DNA from: Candidatus Poribacteria bacterium | Lineage (GTDB): Bacteria > Poribacteria > WGA-4E > JAJDTR01 | Length of the DNA stretch: 64,000 bases | Direction: 5' to 3' | Assembly (NCBI GenBank): GCA_965222225.1 | Contig: CBDCTK010000002.1 | Location: 1,120,001 to 1,184,000, forward strand | Part shown: piece by piece, positions 20,862-31,046 of the stretch | Position numbering within the stretch: position 1 is the stretch's first letter | Layout: every line of letters begins with the position of its first letter | The notes under the pieces: model-generated | Seen by the model: only the letters and a program-made list of their open reading frames with translations | Database searches by the model: none | What the model was told of the DNA's origin: nothing | Translations under genes and position numbers: made by a program

Positions 20862-22295
20862 ATGAATCTAATCGGGACAGGTCCAAAAAACCTGTCGTTG
20901 ATCGTCTTGGTCGGGGTATTCTGCGTCGTGTTCGGCACAATCTTGGCGATATACTCGGAGACACCCATTCCTATCTTGAGCGCATTGGTGGTAACAGGTG
21001 TGCTCGTGTTTTTGGCTCCTGATCTTGTGCTTTACGTGTTGTTGATCTGTCTGCCGTTTTCTTTCCGCTACATTCTCCCCTCCCAAGTGGAAATCCAAAC
21101 ACCGACAGAGCCGTTATTGGGGCTGTTAATAGCTATTTACTGTCTTAAAAAAATCATCAACCGAGCAATCAATCGACAACCTAAACCGCGGGAAGAAGGT
21201 CGGTTTCCACTTGCTCTACCACTAATCGTCTATATTGCAGCGACATTTTTGCCAACTATCAACTCGCCGGACCTCTTTGTGACCCTTAAGGGAGCCTTCC
21301 GGGCTACAGTGTATATGATGTCCGGTTTTCTCGCTTATGAACTCATCCGTAATCACCAAGGTCTGTACCGGCTCTTCGTCTCTACATTTCCTTCCGCTTT
21401 GGTAGCGGTAGTTTGGACAAGCTGTGTGTTAGTCTATCAAATCGATCAATGGCAATGGCGAAGCGCATACGAAGGGACGCCGTTTACAAACCACTCCAGT
21501 TACGGTGCATTCGCCGGTGTCTTCTTTCTCATCGTGCTTAGCCGCTTGATGTTTGATCGAAGTAGCTACGATCGCGTATTCTGGACGATACTACTGTTTA
21601 TCTTTGGAATCGGACTCTTGGTTTGTTTTTCGCGAGGTGTATGGCTTTCGCTAATCGTCGCCGTCGGATTTCTTCTAATGCAAATCAAAACAGGCGAACA
21701 ACACAGAAAAGTCATGTTCGTCGGCGCCTTCACTGTCTTGCTCCTGTTGATTGTTAGTCTTCCGGGGGCATCCAATATCGCACAAGAACGGATTTCCTCT
21801 GTTTTTAACTTCCAATTTGCCTCAAATCAAGCCCGGCTTCTGCGGTGGGGACAAGCGTTGCTAATGTTCCTCGAAAGTCCAATTATTGGAAAAGGGTATG
21901 GCGCATTTGCTATTCTATACGAAGAAGATGCCTCACTGGTCGGCGAATATACCTCACAATTTCAGTTAGGTGCACATAGTGAATATCTGCAAGTCCTGGC
22001 AGAACTTGGAATCGTTGGATTCGCCGCTTGGATGTGGTTGGTCATTACATTTTTTCGTTATGGGTTTCGCGCGTTAAGGGATATTGAGGATGGTTTCTAT
22101 CGTTCGCTTATCATAGGGTTGCTTTCCGTCGAGATTTCATTGCTTGTGCACTTCGTCGTAAATAACCTGCTTAATGGAGATGCGATTGCTATCCCATTCT
22201 GGTTGACTTACGGGTTACTCCCAGCAGTCGTAAACATCGCAAAGCGTAAGAGTAAGCCCGAAATCTCCACAAATTTGAACGAAGCCGTGGCTTAA
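20862..22295 (+). CDS. O-antigen ligase/Wzy_C family membrane protein
   Basis: Multi-TM; FSRGVW, SNQARLLRW, PIIGKGYG, AHSEYLQVLAELGIVG. Confidence 0.9.
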   Translation: MNLIGTGPKNLSLIVLVGVFCVVFGTILAIYSETPIPILSALVVTGVLVFLAPDLVLYVLLICLPFSFRYILPSQVEIQTPTEPLLGLLIAIYCLKKIINRAINRQPKPREEGRFPLALPLIVYIAATFLPTINSPDLFVTLKGAFRATVYMMSGFLAYELIRNHQGLYRLFVSTFPSALVAVVWTSCVLVYQIDQWQWRSAYEGTPFTNHSSYGAFAGVFFLIVLSRLMFDRSSYDRVFWTILLFIFGIGLLVCFSRGVWLSLIVAVGFLLMQIKTGEQHRKVMFVGAFTVLLLLIVSLPGASNIAQERISSVFNFQFASNQARLLRWGQALLMFLESPIIGKGYGAFAILYEEDASLVGEYTSQFQLGAHSEYLQVLAELGIVGFAAWMWLVITFFRYGFRALRDIEDGFYRSLIIGLLSVEISLLVHFVVNNLLNGDAIAIPFWLTYGLLPAVVNIAKRKSKPEISTNLNEAVA

Positions 22296-22328
22296 TCAGA
22301 GGGTTTGGGTAAACTTCTATACTGACAG

Positions 22329-23774
22329 TTGAAATCTACTATGACAAGAACAATGTCCGCTGAACAGCAACACCGAATTCGACACAGAGTTCGACGAAGA
22401 TCTGCTGCATTATTTTCACTCATTATACACATGTTAGTCGCCATCATTTATCTATATATTCACCAAGGTGAAGTGACAAAAGACACCGATAGTATAGCGA
22501 TTAGCTGGGTGAAAGATGTCCCACCTCCACAACTTCGGAAACTGAAGATGAAACCGCCATTAAAGACAGAAGTCTACAAACCGGAAAATCGTCTGGCGCG
22601 AGAAGCAGAGAACAAACTGGCAGAATCATCCCCCAACAAAATTACTGAAGTTGCGCGACTCAGTGAACGGATTGTTGTTGAAAACGTAGAAGTTCATGAG
22701 GCGCCTCCTAGTGATAAAATTCCTGAACTGATGACTGATGCCAATCTGCGGCCCGCAGAAGCGTCTAACCTGAATCGCTTGGTGTCGCACCCTGGACGGT
22801 CAGATGGTAGTGGCGTAGTTACGGGACGCGCGCGCGTACGCGGACGTGGAATGGGGCGTTTCCTAACCGATTCGTATGGTGACTCAGAAGACGGACTATT
22901 GGGTGGAGGCGGCAGCCCCGGAATGATGGATCCGTTAGGCATTGTCGATTTCATCAAGGAAAAGGAATTTGGCGATCGCCAACAGGTCGTCTATTGTCTT
23001 GATGTCTCAGCAAGTATGCAAATCCCGGGACTGCGAAAACTCGAATTGGCGATTCAATCCATCAAGGAATCGCTACGCGCCCTTAGTGTTGATAGCTACT
23101 TCGATATCATTACCTTTTCTGCCGAAGCCAAGTCTCGAAAGCCGGAGCTCGTTCCTGCCACGGTGGAAAACATTACAGAAGCGTCGAGATACCTCGATAG
23201 ATTTAAGTCTGATCGACTCCTTGAGAATCGGGGTACGAACCTCCTAGGCGCAATTGAGAAAGCTCTTGAACGGAAACCGACAGTTATCGTCTTGGTGACA
23301 GATGGCCTTCCGACTGCAGGTGCGAATAAACAAAGGCACTTGTTCAGTCTCGATTTAAAGTACCAAACTCATCTAAACAAAAATCGTATTGCTGTGTTGA
23401 ATGGGATGTTCCAGAATCACGGTATTTCCATCGCTTCGGACGCCGTTCTAATCGCGGAGACGAAAGACCTTCAGTGGAAAGTAATGAGTGGAGAACAGAC
23501 ATTTTACATACATAAAGAACTCAGTCAACTTAATGTATACAGAAAGGGCAAGATGACAATCGAAACAGACAGCCAGAGGATTCTTGAAGCAGTAAGAACA
23601 AAAAACGTAAATGACACTAGCATCTATATTGTGGGGCTTGAGATTGTCCTGGCACAATCGCTAGGTGCAGATCTTCTTGTCCATCTCGCAGAGCAAAACA
23701 ATGGCAAACTCAAACTCTTGGGTTATGAGCAACTGTTGAAATATGCCGCTCAAGACAGTCGAGGTGCGAACTGA
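22329..23774 (+). CDS. Membrane-anchored vWA domain protein
   Basis: N-terminal TM SLIIH, low-complexity linker, MIDAS DVSASM, GTN, VTDG. Confidence 0.82.
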   Translation: MKSTMTRTMSAEQQHRIRHRVRRRSAALFSLIIHMLVAIIYLYIHQGEVTKDTDSIAISWVKDVPPPQLRKLKMKPPLKTEVYKPENRLAREAENKLAESSPNKITEVARLSERIVVENVEVHEAPPSDKIPELMTDANLRPAEASNLNRLVSHPGRSDGSGVVTGRARVRGRGMGRFLTDSYGDSEDGLLGGGGSPGMMDPLGIVDFIKEKEFGDRQQVVYCLDVSASMQIPGLRKLELAIQSIKESLRALSVDSYFDIITFSAEAKSRKPELVPATVENITEASRYLDRFKSDRLLENRGTNLLGAIEKALERKPTVIVLVTDGLPTAGANKQRHLFSLDLKYQTHLNKNRIAVLNGMFQNHGISIASDAVLIAETKDLQWKVMSGEQTFYIHKELSQLNVYRKGKMTIETDSQRILEAVRTKNVNDTSIYIVGLEIVLAQSLGADLLVHLAEQNNGKLKLLGYEQLLKYAAQDSRGAN

Positions 23775-24003
23775 TACAGGACTCATCTCACCGCTAGTAA
23801 TCAAGTTTATTTGACCTCAGGGATTATCATGTCGTAACCTAGTTTCATCAATCCGGCGCCCAGAACGTATTGGGGGAAAGATTTGCCGCACAATTGGACT
23901 TGGAATGTCCGAAAAATTGGATGAACTGCAGTCGGCAGTGTCCGTAGGACAAAGAATCTGAATATTGTATCTGACTCATCCTCACTACAAGCAAAAATTC
24001 GCC

Positions 24004-24411
24004 ATGCAATTTCAACACGGAAATCTTATCATTGTATTCGTAATGGCTAGTTTAGGGGCAACGATTGGTTGTGCTAAGATACTCGAAGATCAGGGAGAAT
24101 TAGAACGCGTTGATGCGACGTTCTTTTACGATTCAACGTCGTCATCCATCCCCAGCGCGTATGCCGTCGAGTTGCCCGAGCAGCGTACCATCCGAAGAAT
24201 TATCGTTCATTCGGTTGACCGAATTCGAAACACTGATATCTATGTTCGATCTGGGAAAAACAGGTGGATTCATGCCAAGCAAATCAAGGGCTGGATTGAA
24301 GGGGCTACCGACATTGATATTCGAGCTAGAGGAGATGCCGTTCGAGTAATTCCCAAAACCGATGCGTTGCGCGTCATTCAAGATGTTGAGGTGTTTGTCG
24401 TACCCAAGTAA
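24004..24411 (+). CDS. Hypothetical lipoprotein with a small beta-rich domain
   Basis: Hydrophobic signal ending TIGC (lipobox-like); start uncertain. Confidence 0.6.
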   Translation: MQFQHGNLIIVFVMASLGATIGCAKILEDQGELERVDATFFYDSTSSSIPSAYAVELPEQRTIRRIIVHSVDRIRNTDIYVRSGKNRWIHAKQIKGWIEGATDIDIRARGDAVRVIPKTDALRVIQDVEVFVVPK

Positions 24412-24489
24412 AATTGAGTCTAGCGAACCTTAGCAGGAAAGAGATAGAGTTTTGAGATTGGGCTAACCTTCAGGCACAGGGGTATCACG

Positions 24490-24666
24490 ATGTCATTACA
24501 GCACAGAAAAGTTATCATGTTAATTATAATATTCGCCTGCGTTCAAATGTGCGGTTGCGCACAGTTAAAAGCCGTTGGCGGAGGTGGACTTGAGCGAGCA
24601 GAAGGAAGGTTTTATAATGGCCAATGGGAGATTTTGGCGGCGCGATGGGATACTTTTTTACACTGA
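24490..24666 (+). CDS. 58-aa lipoprotein-like ORF, probably a truncated paralog of the upstream gene
   Basis: MSLQHRKVIMLIIIFACVQMCGCAQLKAVGGGGLERAEGRFYN...; below the ORF-track cutoff; AGGGG RBS. Confidence 0.5.
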   Translation: MSLQHRKVIMLIIIFACVQMCGCAQLKAVGGGGLERAEGRFYNGQWEILAARWDTFLH

Positions 24667-24757
24667 ATGAACCTCGCTTTGTTCGCCGCATAATACTGCA
24701 TTGCGCTTCCCCTGTCAAGAATGTATATGATGTCTGAATTATATCGTTCACTTTCTC

Positions 24758-24815
24758 CGTAGGCGGAGATCAACCGGGTGGATAGCGAGGGCGATAGGGA
24801 TCGCGTTGCCCCTCC
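24758..24815 (+). repeat. Dispersed GTAG-initiated REP-like repeat, copy A
   Basis: Similar to 30901-30959 (29 of 39 core positions identical by eye plus a shared CGTAGG start). Confidence 0.5.
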
Positions 24816-25621
24816 GACTTTGCGTGGATACAAGGCTTCTTACTCCGCTCCACGCAAGTTTCTTTACTTAATCCACGTAATCAATGCACTTGCATTTTAG
24901 AGAAATGGTATAAGCACCTATTGTCCTGGATACGCTAGCGATCTGACTACGAACTGTTCAGCGCTCACAACCACGAGTCAATTAAGACGTACGTCAGATT
25001 GTAGCAATTGAATCCATCGGATGTCGGGAGCTATGTATTCGAAGGAGAAGCGTCGAACCATGAAGTTGTGAGCGATCGTCTACGTAAACACAATCAATTG
25101 GAATCATTCGGTGGGATTTACGAGAACTGGATAATCAAATCAGATTGGAGGGTGTAACTTTAAACTACGTCAAAGACTGGCAGGGAGGGGAGAAAAATCT
25201 TGTCATTTTTCAAGCAGCTCGAAAATATGCTGCTGTTGTCACATATCTAGTCTTAAACCTAACAAACAAAACTTATTTGGGCAGAAAGAATGCGATTTCA
25301 ATATACTCTCCTACTTCGTCTCAAAATCTCTCATTTTTTGAGCAACAAGGATGCCGTATCCCACATTATAGATTTTCGTTTTCCATTCCGGCGATGCTTC
25401 TAGGTACGGCTTAATGACCCTACCCTTGTCTCCCCACAAGACATCATCAATAATAACGATAGAGTTCGCTCTGAAAACCTTCTCACAAGTCTTGAACTTT
25501 TTCCAAATGCGATCTGCATCATTCACGGAATCAAATAAGGCGAGATGGATTGTGTCCAAGACATCGGCGTCGACCATTTTCCTTAAATTATCAATCGCGT
25601 CACCTTCAACATAGTTAATAT

Positions 25622-26621
25622 ACCCAAGTTGCTACCTAATTGAATTGAAAATCCCCGGGGTTTTCGTTAGAGTTGAGGAGTTCACTATTACCTCAATACC
25701 CTAAAGGAGAACCCATGGACATTCAAATTGTAACTGTTTTCTGTTTGTGTGACGCTCTCTTAAAAGCATTCAACCATCAACCAGACCCACAATCTCGGAT
25801 GTCTGATGCCGAAGTTATGACGACTGCACTGGTTGCAACACTCTTTTTCGGTGCCAACTTCCAAACCGCTCGTGACTTTCTCCAAACTCACGGCTATATT
25901 CCAAACATGCTCTCAAAGAGCCGGTTCAATCGACGGCTTCACCGAATTAAACCCATGTTCATCACACTGTTCGAAATCTTAGGCGAAAGTTTTGTACAAC
26001 TCAACAAGCAGAAACGCTATGCCGTAGATACTATACCAATTGTTGTTTGTGACAATTTCCGCATTCGTCGCTCAAAAATCTACACCAATGAAACATTTCG
26101 AGGCTATCAGTCGTCCAAACGTCGGTATTTCTACGGCTTAAAGATTCATCTACTGGTTACCGCTCAACGACAGCCGGTTGAATTCTTTTTGACCCCGGGT
26201 AACACCGGTGATGTTGAAGGCTTACAATACTTTGACTTCGACTTACCACCGGGCAGCCGTGTCTATGGAGACAAAGCGTACAATAACTACGATTAACTGA
26301 GCGAATAGCGAAGGCGATAGAAATTCCTATAGAAGACAGTATTGCCGAAGTTGGGGTGGAGTTGAAACCGATACGCAAGAAGAATTCAAAGCGGCAATAT
26401 CCACCATGGGAAGCCTATCTAGTCAATTATTATCGCAAGTCTGTTGAGACGACTGCGAGCTTGATTGAGAGGTTGTTGCCGCCTTCAATTCATGCGGTGA
26501 CACCACAGGGATTTGAACTGAAAGTCGTCTTGTTTGTAGTGGCTACCAGTATCAACCAATATGAACCCACTCAGAATTCACCCATATAGCCAATACCCGA
26601 TGAATAGGTAGCAACTTGGGT
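25622..26621 (+). mobile_element. IS982-family insertion sequence, 1000 bp
   Basis: 17-bp perfect terminal IR ACCCAAGTTGCTACCTA; 6-bp TSD TAATAT at 25616-25621 and 26622-26627; DDE transposase inside. Confidence 0.92.
25715..26589 (+). pseudogene. IS982-family transposase disrupted by an apparent 35-bp insertion at 26294-26328
   Basis: MSDAEVMT, SKSRFNRR, AVDT.PI, FYGLKIH, YGDKAY, then after the break IEDS...PIRKKNSK...RKSVET...HAVTPQGFELK in another frame. Confidence 0.85.
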
Positions 26622-27409
26622 TAATATATTCGTTATAGTCACGGCATAGAGATTGATAGATGCGGATATTTTCTTTGCAAATCTCAAATTTATAGAACAT
26701 TCCACGGCTATTCAGCGTTGACGCGATTGTCAAGGTACTTTCGGTTCCTTCATTGGCATCCCGAATACAACCAGTTTCGATGACAGTTGGGTGCGATGTT
26801 GTTTTGAACACCTCAGCAGGCATTTCCTGATGATTGGCTTGTGCGCCCTCCGATAATCCCGCAATCCAAGTTTGTACAAAACCAAGTGTTGCGCTTTCCA
26901 AATCTTATTGACCAATCGGCTTTCTTTAATCGACATTGTAAAGGTTCCCTAAAACCGAAATACGTAAAAGCCTGAAAAGTATCCGGGACATTTGCAATAG
27001 CCGCACTCGGATGATAATCTACGAACTGGCCATTGCAAAACGTCATCAGGCTCAAAAAACTTCACGGGAATTGAACCGCAATTTATCTCTTACAATTACT
27101 ACATAATACCAATACGTCATCTCTGACTGTCAAGACAAAATTGGGGCGTAGTAGCACGCTTCTTCGGTCTTGATTCCATTACTACCTCTCGTCATAACTC
27201 AGACAGCCTAACTCGTAGGTGTTAATTGTTCTCCGGATTCTTACACCAGTCTCAAGTAACCTCGGACACTGATGCCTAATCTCCTTCCACGTGGCGGCGG
27301 AGAAAGCCGCCGTCCATCTAACTTGGTTTACACTTCCTTGCGCGACTTGTCGCTGACTCGCGAGGTTATTAACATACATTTGCTGAAACTATGAAAAATG
27401 GCTGAAAAT

Positions 27410-29161
27410 CTAGTCAATGGGAACAATCGGCAGGAGTATGTGTGATGGGTGCTCCGCATCATGGTAAATCGTCTGATTTGCCATCTGAATGTCTGAGTCT
27501 AGCCCGAAAGGCTGTCCCGTGTTTGGGTTGCGATCAAACTGAGGAAAGTTGCTACTTGATACTTCAACACGAATTCGATGATTCTTCAGAAAGCGATTAC
27601 TAGTGGACCACAAATCAATGGTATATTTATAAATCTTCCCGGGGGTCAGTAACGTCGGTTCCTCCCAAGAATCCCGATACCTGGCACGGATAATTCCCTG
27701 TGTCACATTGATCGCGCGTCCGTCAGGAAAGACATCCACAAGTTTCGCGGTAAAGTCGGTGTCCTTCGCATGGGAAGCGGCATATAACACCATTGATACC
27801 GGACCGGACACTTCAACATCTGATTCGAGTACCGGTGAGTCATAAACAAGGACATCCGGCCGCCACTCCACAGGTTGTTGATCTCGCGGGCCCATAGGAA
27901 CCGGTGTCACATTTTCCGCACAACAGGTGCTCCCACCAATTGTCATGACAGGGTTACTCGGATCATAGACGAAGTGGTCTGAATTCTCCACTTCTGGTTT
28001 GTGTGGATTAAGACTACCGTCACCGAATAACGAATTAGCAGTGCCTCCACTGTGGAGATAGTAAGGAACATAAACTGTACCCGGGATTGGCCAGTCTGAG
28101 GCAGTACGCCATTCATTCGCGCCCATAACGAATACTTTGACCGGCGGATCTTCAGCAATCCTATTATTGATTCCTTTTAGCCAATAGTCAAACCAACGAA
28201 GGCACTCGTTTCGCAAATTGATCAGGACTGCATGCCCGAAATCAATGTCGCCTACTTTAGTTTCAGTGCCGTGACCGCCGAGATTGTGTATCCACGGCCC
28301 GATAATGACCTTCTGGTTACTCTTTCCAGGCTCACGTCCCTCCCTTTTGACCCCCATAAAGTTGTTGAGTGTGCCTTGCAAAAACACGTCAAACCACCCG
28401 CCCATTCCGTATATAGGCACCTCTATATCCGCGTAGCAATCTTCGACTGGCTGCATGTCTTGCCAATACTCGTCGCAACTTGGATGGTCTATCCAATCCT
28501 TCCAAATCTTGTTGTTGCGACCAGCAGCTTCATCCATGGTTCTCAAGGGGAGATGCCAATGAAGGTCTGAAAGGTGATTGCCTTCGGGAAACCATAGATA
28601 CTGCACTTGGTTCGTGCGAGTGTGCATCTTCACTGCAGCCCAGCGAAGGTTGAATCCAAGCTGAAAAGCACCGCCAGTGTAAGCCCAGTTATGATAAGCG
28701 TGCGAATAGCCGACGCGTGGGATCAGCGCTTTCAAATATTTGCTACGCATCGGCGCAGCTTGCAGTTGCACTAAAGCCACATACGAATCGCCTAGCATCC
28801 CGACGTTTCCACTGCACCAAGGTTGAACCCCTAGCCATTCGTGTGTATCAAATCCATCCTCCGCCTCATGCTTAAAGGGATACCATTCACCATCGGAATC
28901 GTGTCGTCCACGCACATCTTGGACAGCGACCGCGTAGCCACAAGAAGCAAAATAGAAGGCTTGTGCAACCTCACTCTCGCTGTTGTTATCGTAAGGCGTT
29001 CTGACCAAAATCGCGGGGACGGGGTAACCCACATCAGGCATGAAGAGATCCGTGGAAAGGGCTATTCCATCTCTCATGGGCACTTTGATGTCGCATTGCA
29101 TCTTCACTTTGTGTACGGGACTCGATCCTTCACTTTCCGGTTGTGTCATTGCTACTCCCAT
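27410..29161 (-). CDS. CocE/NonD family alpha/beta hydrolase
   Basis: VPMRDGI.L, RTPY, QDVRGR..SDG, GDSY nucleophile, GGWFD, GPW.H, SSNFPQFDRN. Confidence 0.94.
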   Translation of the reverse strand: MGVAMTQPESEGSSPVHKVKMQCDIKVPMRDGIALSTDLFMPDVGYPVPAILVRTPYDNNSESEVAQAFYFASCGYAVAVQDVRGRHDSDGEWYPFKHEAEDGFDTHEWLGVQPWCSGNVGMLGDSYVALVQLQAAPMRSKYLKALIPRVGYSHAYHNWAYTGGAFQLGFNLRWAAVKMHTRTNQVQYLWFPEGNHLSDLHWHLPLRTMDEAAGRNNKIWKDWIDHPSCDEYWQDMQPVEDCYADIEVPIYGMGGWFDVFLQGTLNNFMGVKREGREPGKSNQKVIIGPWIHNLGGHGTETKVGDIDFGHAVLINLRNECLRWFDYWLKGINNRIAEDPPVKVFVMGANEWRTASDWPIPGTVYVPYYLHSGGTANSLFGDGSLNPHKPEVENSDHFVYDPSNPVMTIGGSTCCAENVTPVPMGPRDQQPVEWRPDVLVYDSPVLESDVEVSGPVSMVLYAASHAKDTDFTAKLVDVFPDGRAINVTQGIIRARYRDSWEEPTLLTPGKIYKYTIDLWSTSNRFLKNHRIRVEVSSSNFPQFDRNPNTGQPFGLDSDIQMANQTIYHDAEHPSHILLPIVPID

Positions 29162-29574
29162 AAGTGTTTATCTCCTTCTCGGATGTATCAAAAATACATC
29201 AAGCAGACACCGATTGCCACTAATCTGATATTTCGTGTGTCGCCGGAGTAACGTCGAAGTCTAGTGCATCTCTTTACGATAAGACAGGGGTTGTTTGGGC
29301 AGGAAACATCGTAATACTGTGGAATGATGGGAACATGTCTGACAGAGAGTTAATCGTGAGAATATATACCACGGAAAATGCGTGAGGATCCCGATTGAAT
29401 ATCTTGAAGCATCTCCAAACTCCTCGCTGCCTTTGCCCGTATGGTGGAGATTGTCTTCACCTGTTGTCGAGGGAAATAAATAAGAACAATGGAAACCTGC
29501 CGCATGGTATCGTACCAAATTTAGTATCTAGCGCTAAAATGGTGCATTTGTGTTAATCAACTCGACTTTCCACA

Positions 29575-30588
29575 TCATACATTCACCACTTGCCCTGTCT
29601 GATTAGATTGGATTGCCGCTTCCACAATCTCCAAACCACGCAAACCGTCCTGTCCCGTGACTAGTGGGATTTTGCCCTCTGCCAGTCGTTCTAGGAAGCA
29701 GTGGACATGATTTGTCAGAGAATCGTAAAAAGTGGTTTGGCCTTTGAAAAAGTTGGGACAAAAACGTTCAATGTGGTCGGGGTCTACCGACCAGAATTTT
29801 ACGGCTCTCATCACATCTTCAATTACTACTGTTCCCTTAGTACCACCAATCTCGGTCCATTCAGATGTCCGTGTCCAGCGCGGCACTTCCTGCCATCCCC
29901 CGATTAACGTGCCTAGAGCGTCTCCCTCAAATCGAAATGAAAAAGCAACGTCATGTGCTAGATCCGTTTCACCCCGCGGGCTAAAAGAGGCATGTATCGA
30001 ACGAATTTCGCCACAGAAGAAGCGCATCAAATCTATATGATGGATTAGGACGTTCCTTATTATTGAATGAGCCTTCAGGTCATTCTTCGATCCGGTAAGC
30101 GGTTCGGTCACGCGAATTACGATATACCGAATATCGCCGACTGCTCCTTCAGCACAGAGTTCTTTCGCTTTCAAATACCCAAATCCGAATCGACGGTTGT
30201 AATCAATCGCCAGATGTCGATTGTGTCGTGCGGCGGCATCGGCCATTCGTTGTGCATCTGTCAAAGTCGACGCCATCGGCTTTTCACAGAATACGTGACA
30301 ACCAGCTTCAACTGACTTGACTACGGGGGTCATGTGTAGGTGTTCTGGGGTTGCCACTGTGACAACGTCCAACCGTTCAGCTAACAATAATTCTTCCAAA
30401 TCATCATATACGTTTGCCCGGACCGGTGCAGCGACAATTTCTGCGCGTTTCGGTTCAACGTCACAAGCTGCTGCCAACTGGGCATGCTGAGATTGAACGA
30501 CTGCCTGCGCATGGAGTAATCCGATGGCACCGCAACCGACTACGGCTACGCGCAATTTTTCGTTCTGTAATCTCTCTGATTTCCCCAC
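29575..30588 (-). CDS. Gfo/Idh/MocA family oxidoreductase
   Basis: VGCGAIG, VATPEHLH, CEKP, NRRF. Confidence 0.93.
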   Translation of the reverse strand: MGKSERLQNEKLRVAVVGCGAIGLLHAQAVVQSQHAQLAAACDVEPKRAEIVAAPVRANVYDDLEELLLAERLDVVTVATPEHLHMTPVVKSVEAGCHVFCEKPMASTLTDAQRMADAAARHNRHLAIDYNRRFGFGYLKAKELCAEGAVGDIRYIVIRVTEPLTGSKNDLKAHSIIRNVLIHHIDLMRFFCGEIRSIHASFSPRGETDLAHDVAFSFRFEGDALGTLIGGWQEVPRWTRTSEWTEIGGTKGTVVIEDVMRAVKFWSVDPDHIERFCPNFFKGQTTFYDSLTNHVHCFLERLAEGKIPLVTGQDGLRGLEIVEAAIQSNQTGQVVNV

Positions 30589-30683
30589 TGATTTAATCCT
30601 CTTTGACGAACGTCCATCCCTTACCTAAACTTAGCTATGGCACGATTCGCCGAAAATATACATGCTGAACCATGAACTCGGAA

Positions 30684-30712
30684 AGAATATACTAACGCGA
30701 ACTCGCTGTCAA
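30684..30712 (-). promoter_or_regulatory. Sigma70-type promoter for the Gfo/Idh/MocA gene
   Basis: Minus strand TTGACA-17 nt-TATTCT. Confidence 0.6.
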
Positions 30713-30756
30713 GAATAATACCCCATGTTTCTCCTAGGGATTAAGCTTGATACACT

Positions 30757-31036
30757 CATAAGGATCAAGTTAAGCGTTTTAGGGCACAATTCACTTGGTT
30801 TCAATGTCTTAAACTGTTAGTCTCCATGCTAACTTGGAGAGGGAATTCTACCAATTCATTGATCTGCCCGCCTAAGAAGATCTTTCACAGCGCCCGTTTT
30901 CGTAGGGGCGGGGATCAAGCGACTGAACAAGGAGCGCGATAGAGATCCTTTCCCCGCTCAATAGGGACTGAGTAAGGGGTTTGTGGCGGAAAACCCGACC
31001 AAATACTAAACAAACTCTCTTAAGTTGATCCTTATG
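30757..31036. mobile_element. 280-bp non-autonomous MITE-like element with 18-bp TIRs and a 20-bp flanking direct repeat
   Basis: Left end CATAAGGATCAAGTTAAG, right end CTTAAGTTGATCCTTATG (17/18 complementary); GGGATTAAGCTTGATACACT at 30737-30756 and 31037-31056. Confidence 0.85.
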
Positions 31037-31046
31037 GGGATTAAGC

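Larger units (their letters stand above)
25311..26936 (-). pseudogene. Class I SAM methyltransferase (Methyltransf_24-like) split by IS982 and probably frameshifted
   Basis: Removing the IS and one TSD copy restores DYNEYINYVEGDAIDNLRKMVDAD; motifs VIETGCIR, VEGDA, LALFDS, IIDD. Confidence 0.82.

Noticed and set aside
27263-27310. Hammerhead ribozyme-like CTGATG...GAAA
   Set aside because: The core reads CTGATGC rather than CTGANGA and the required stems are not evident.
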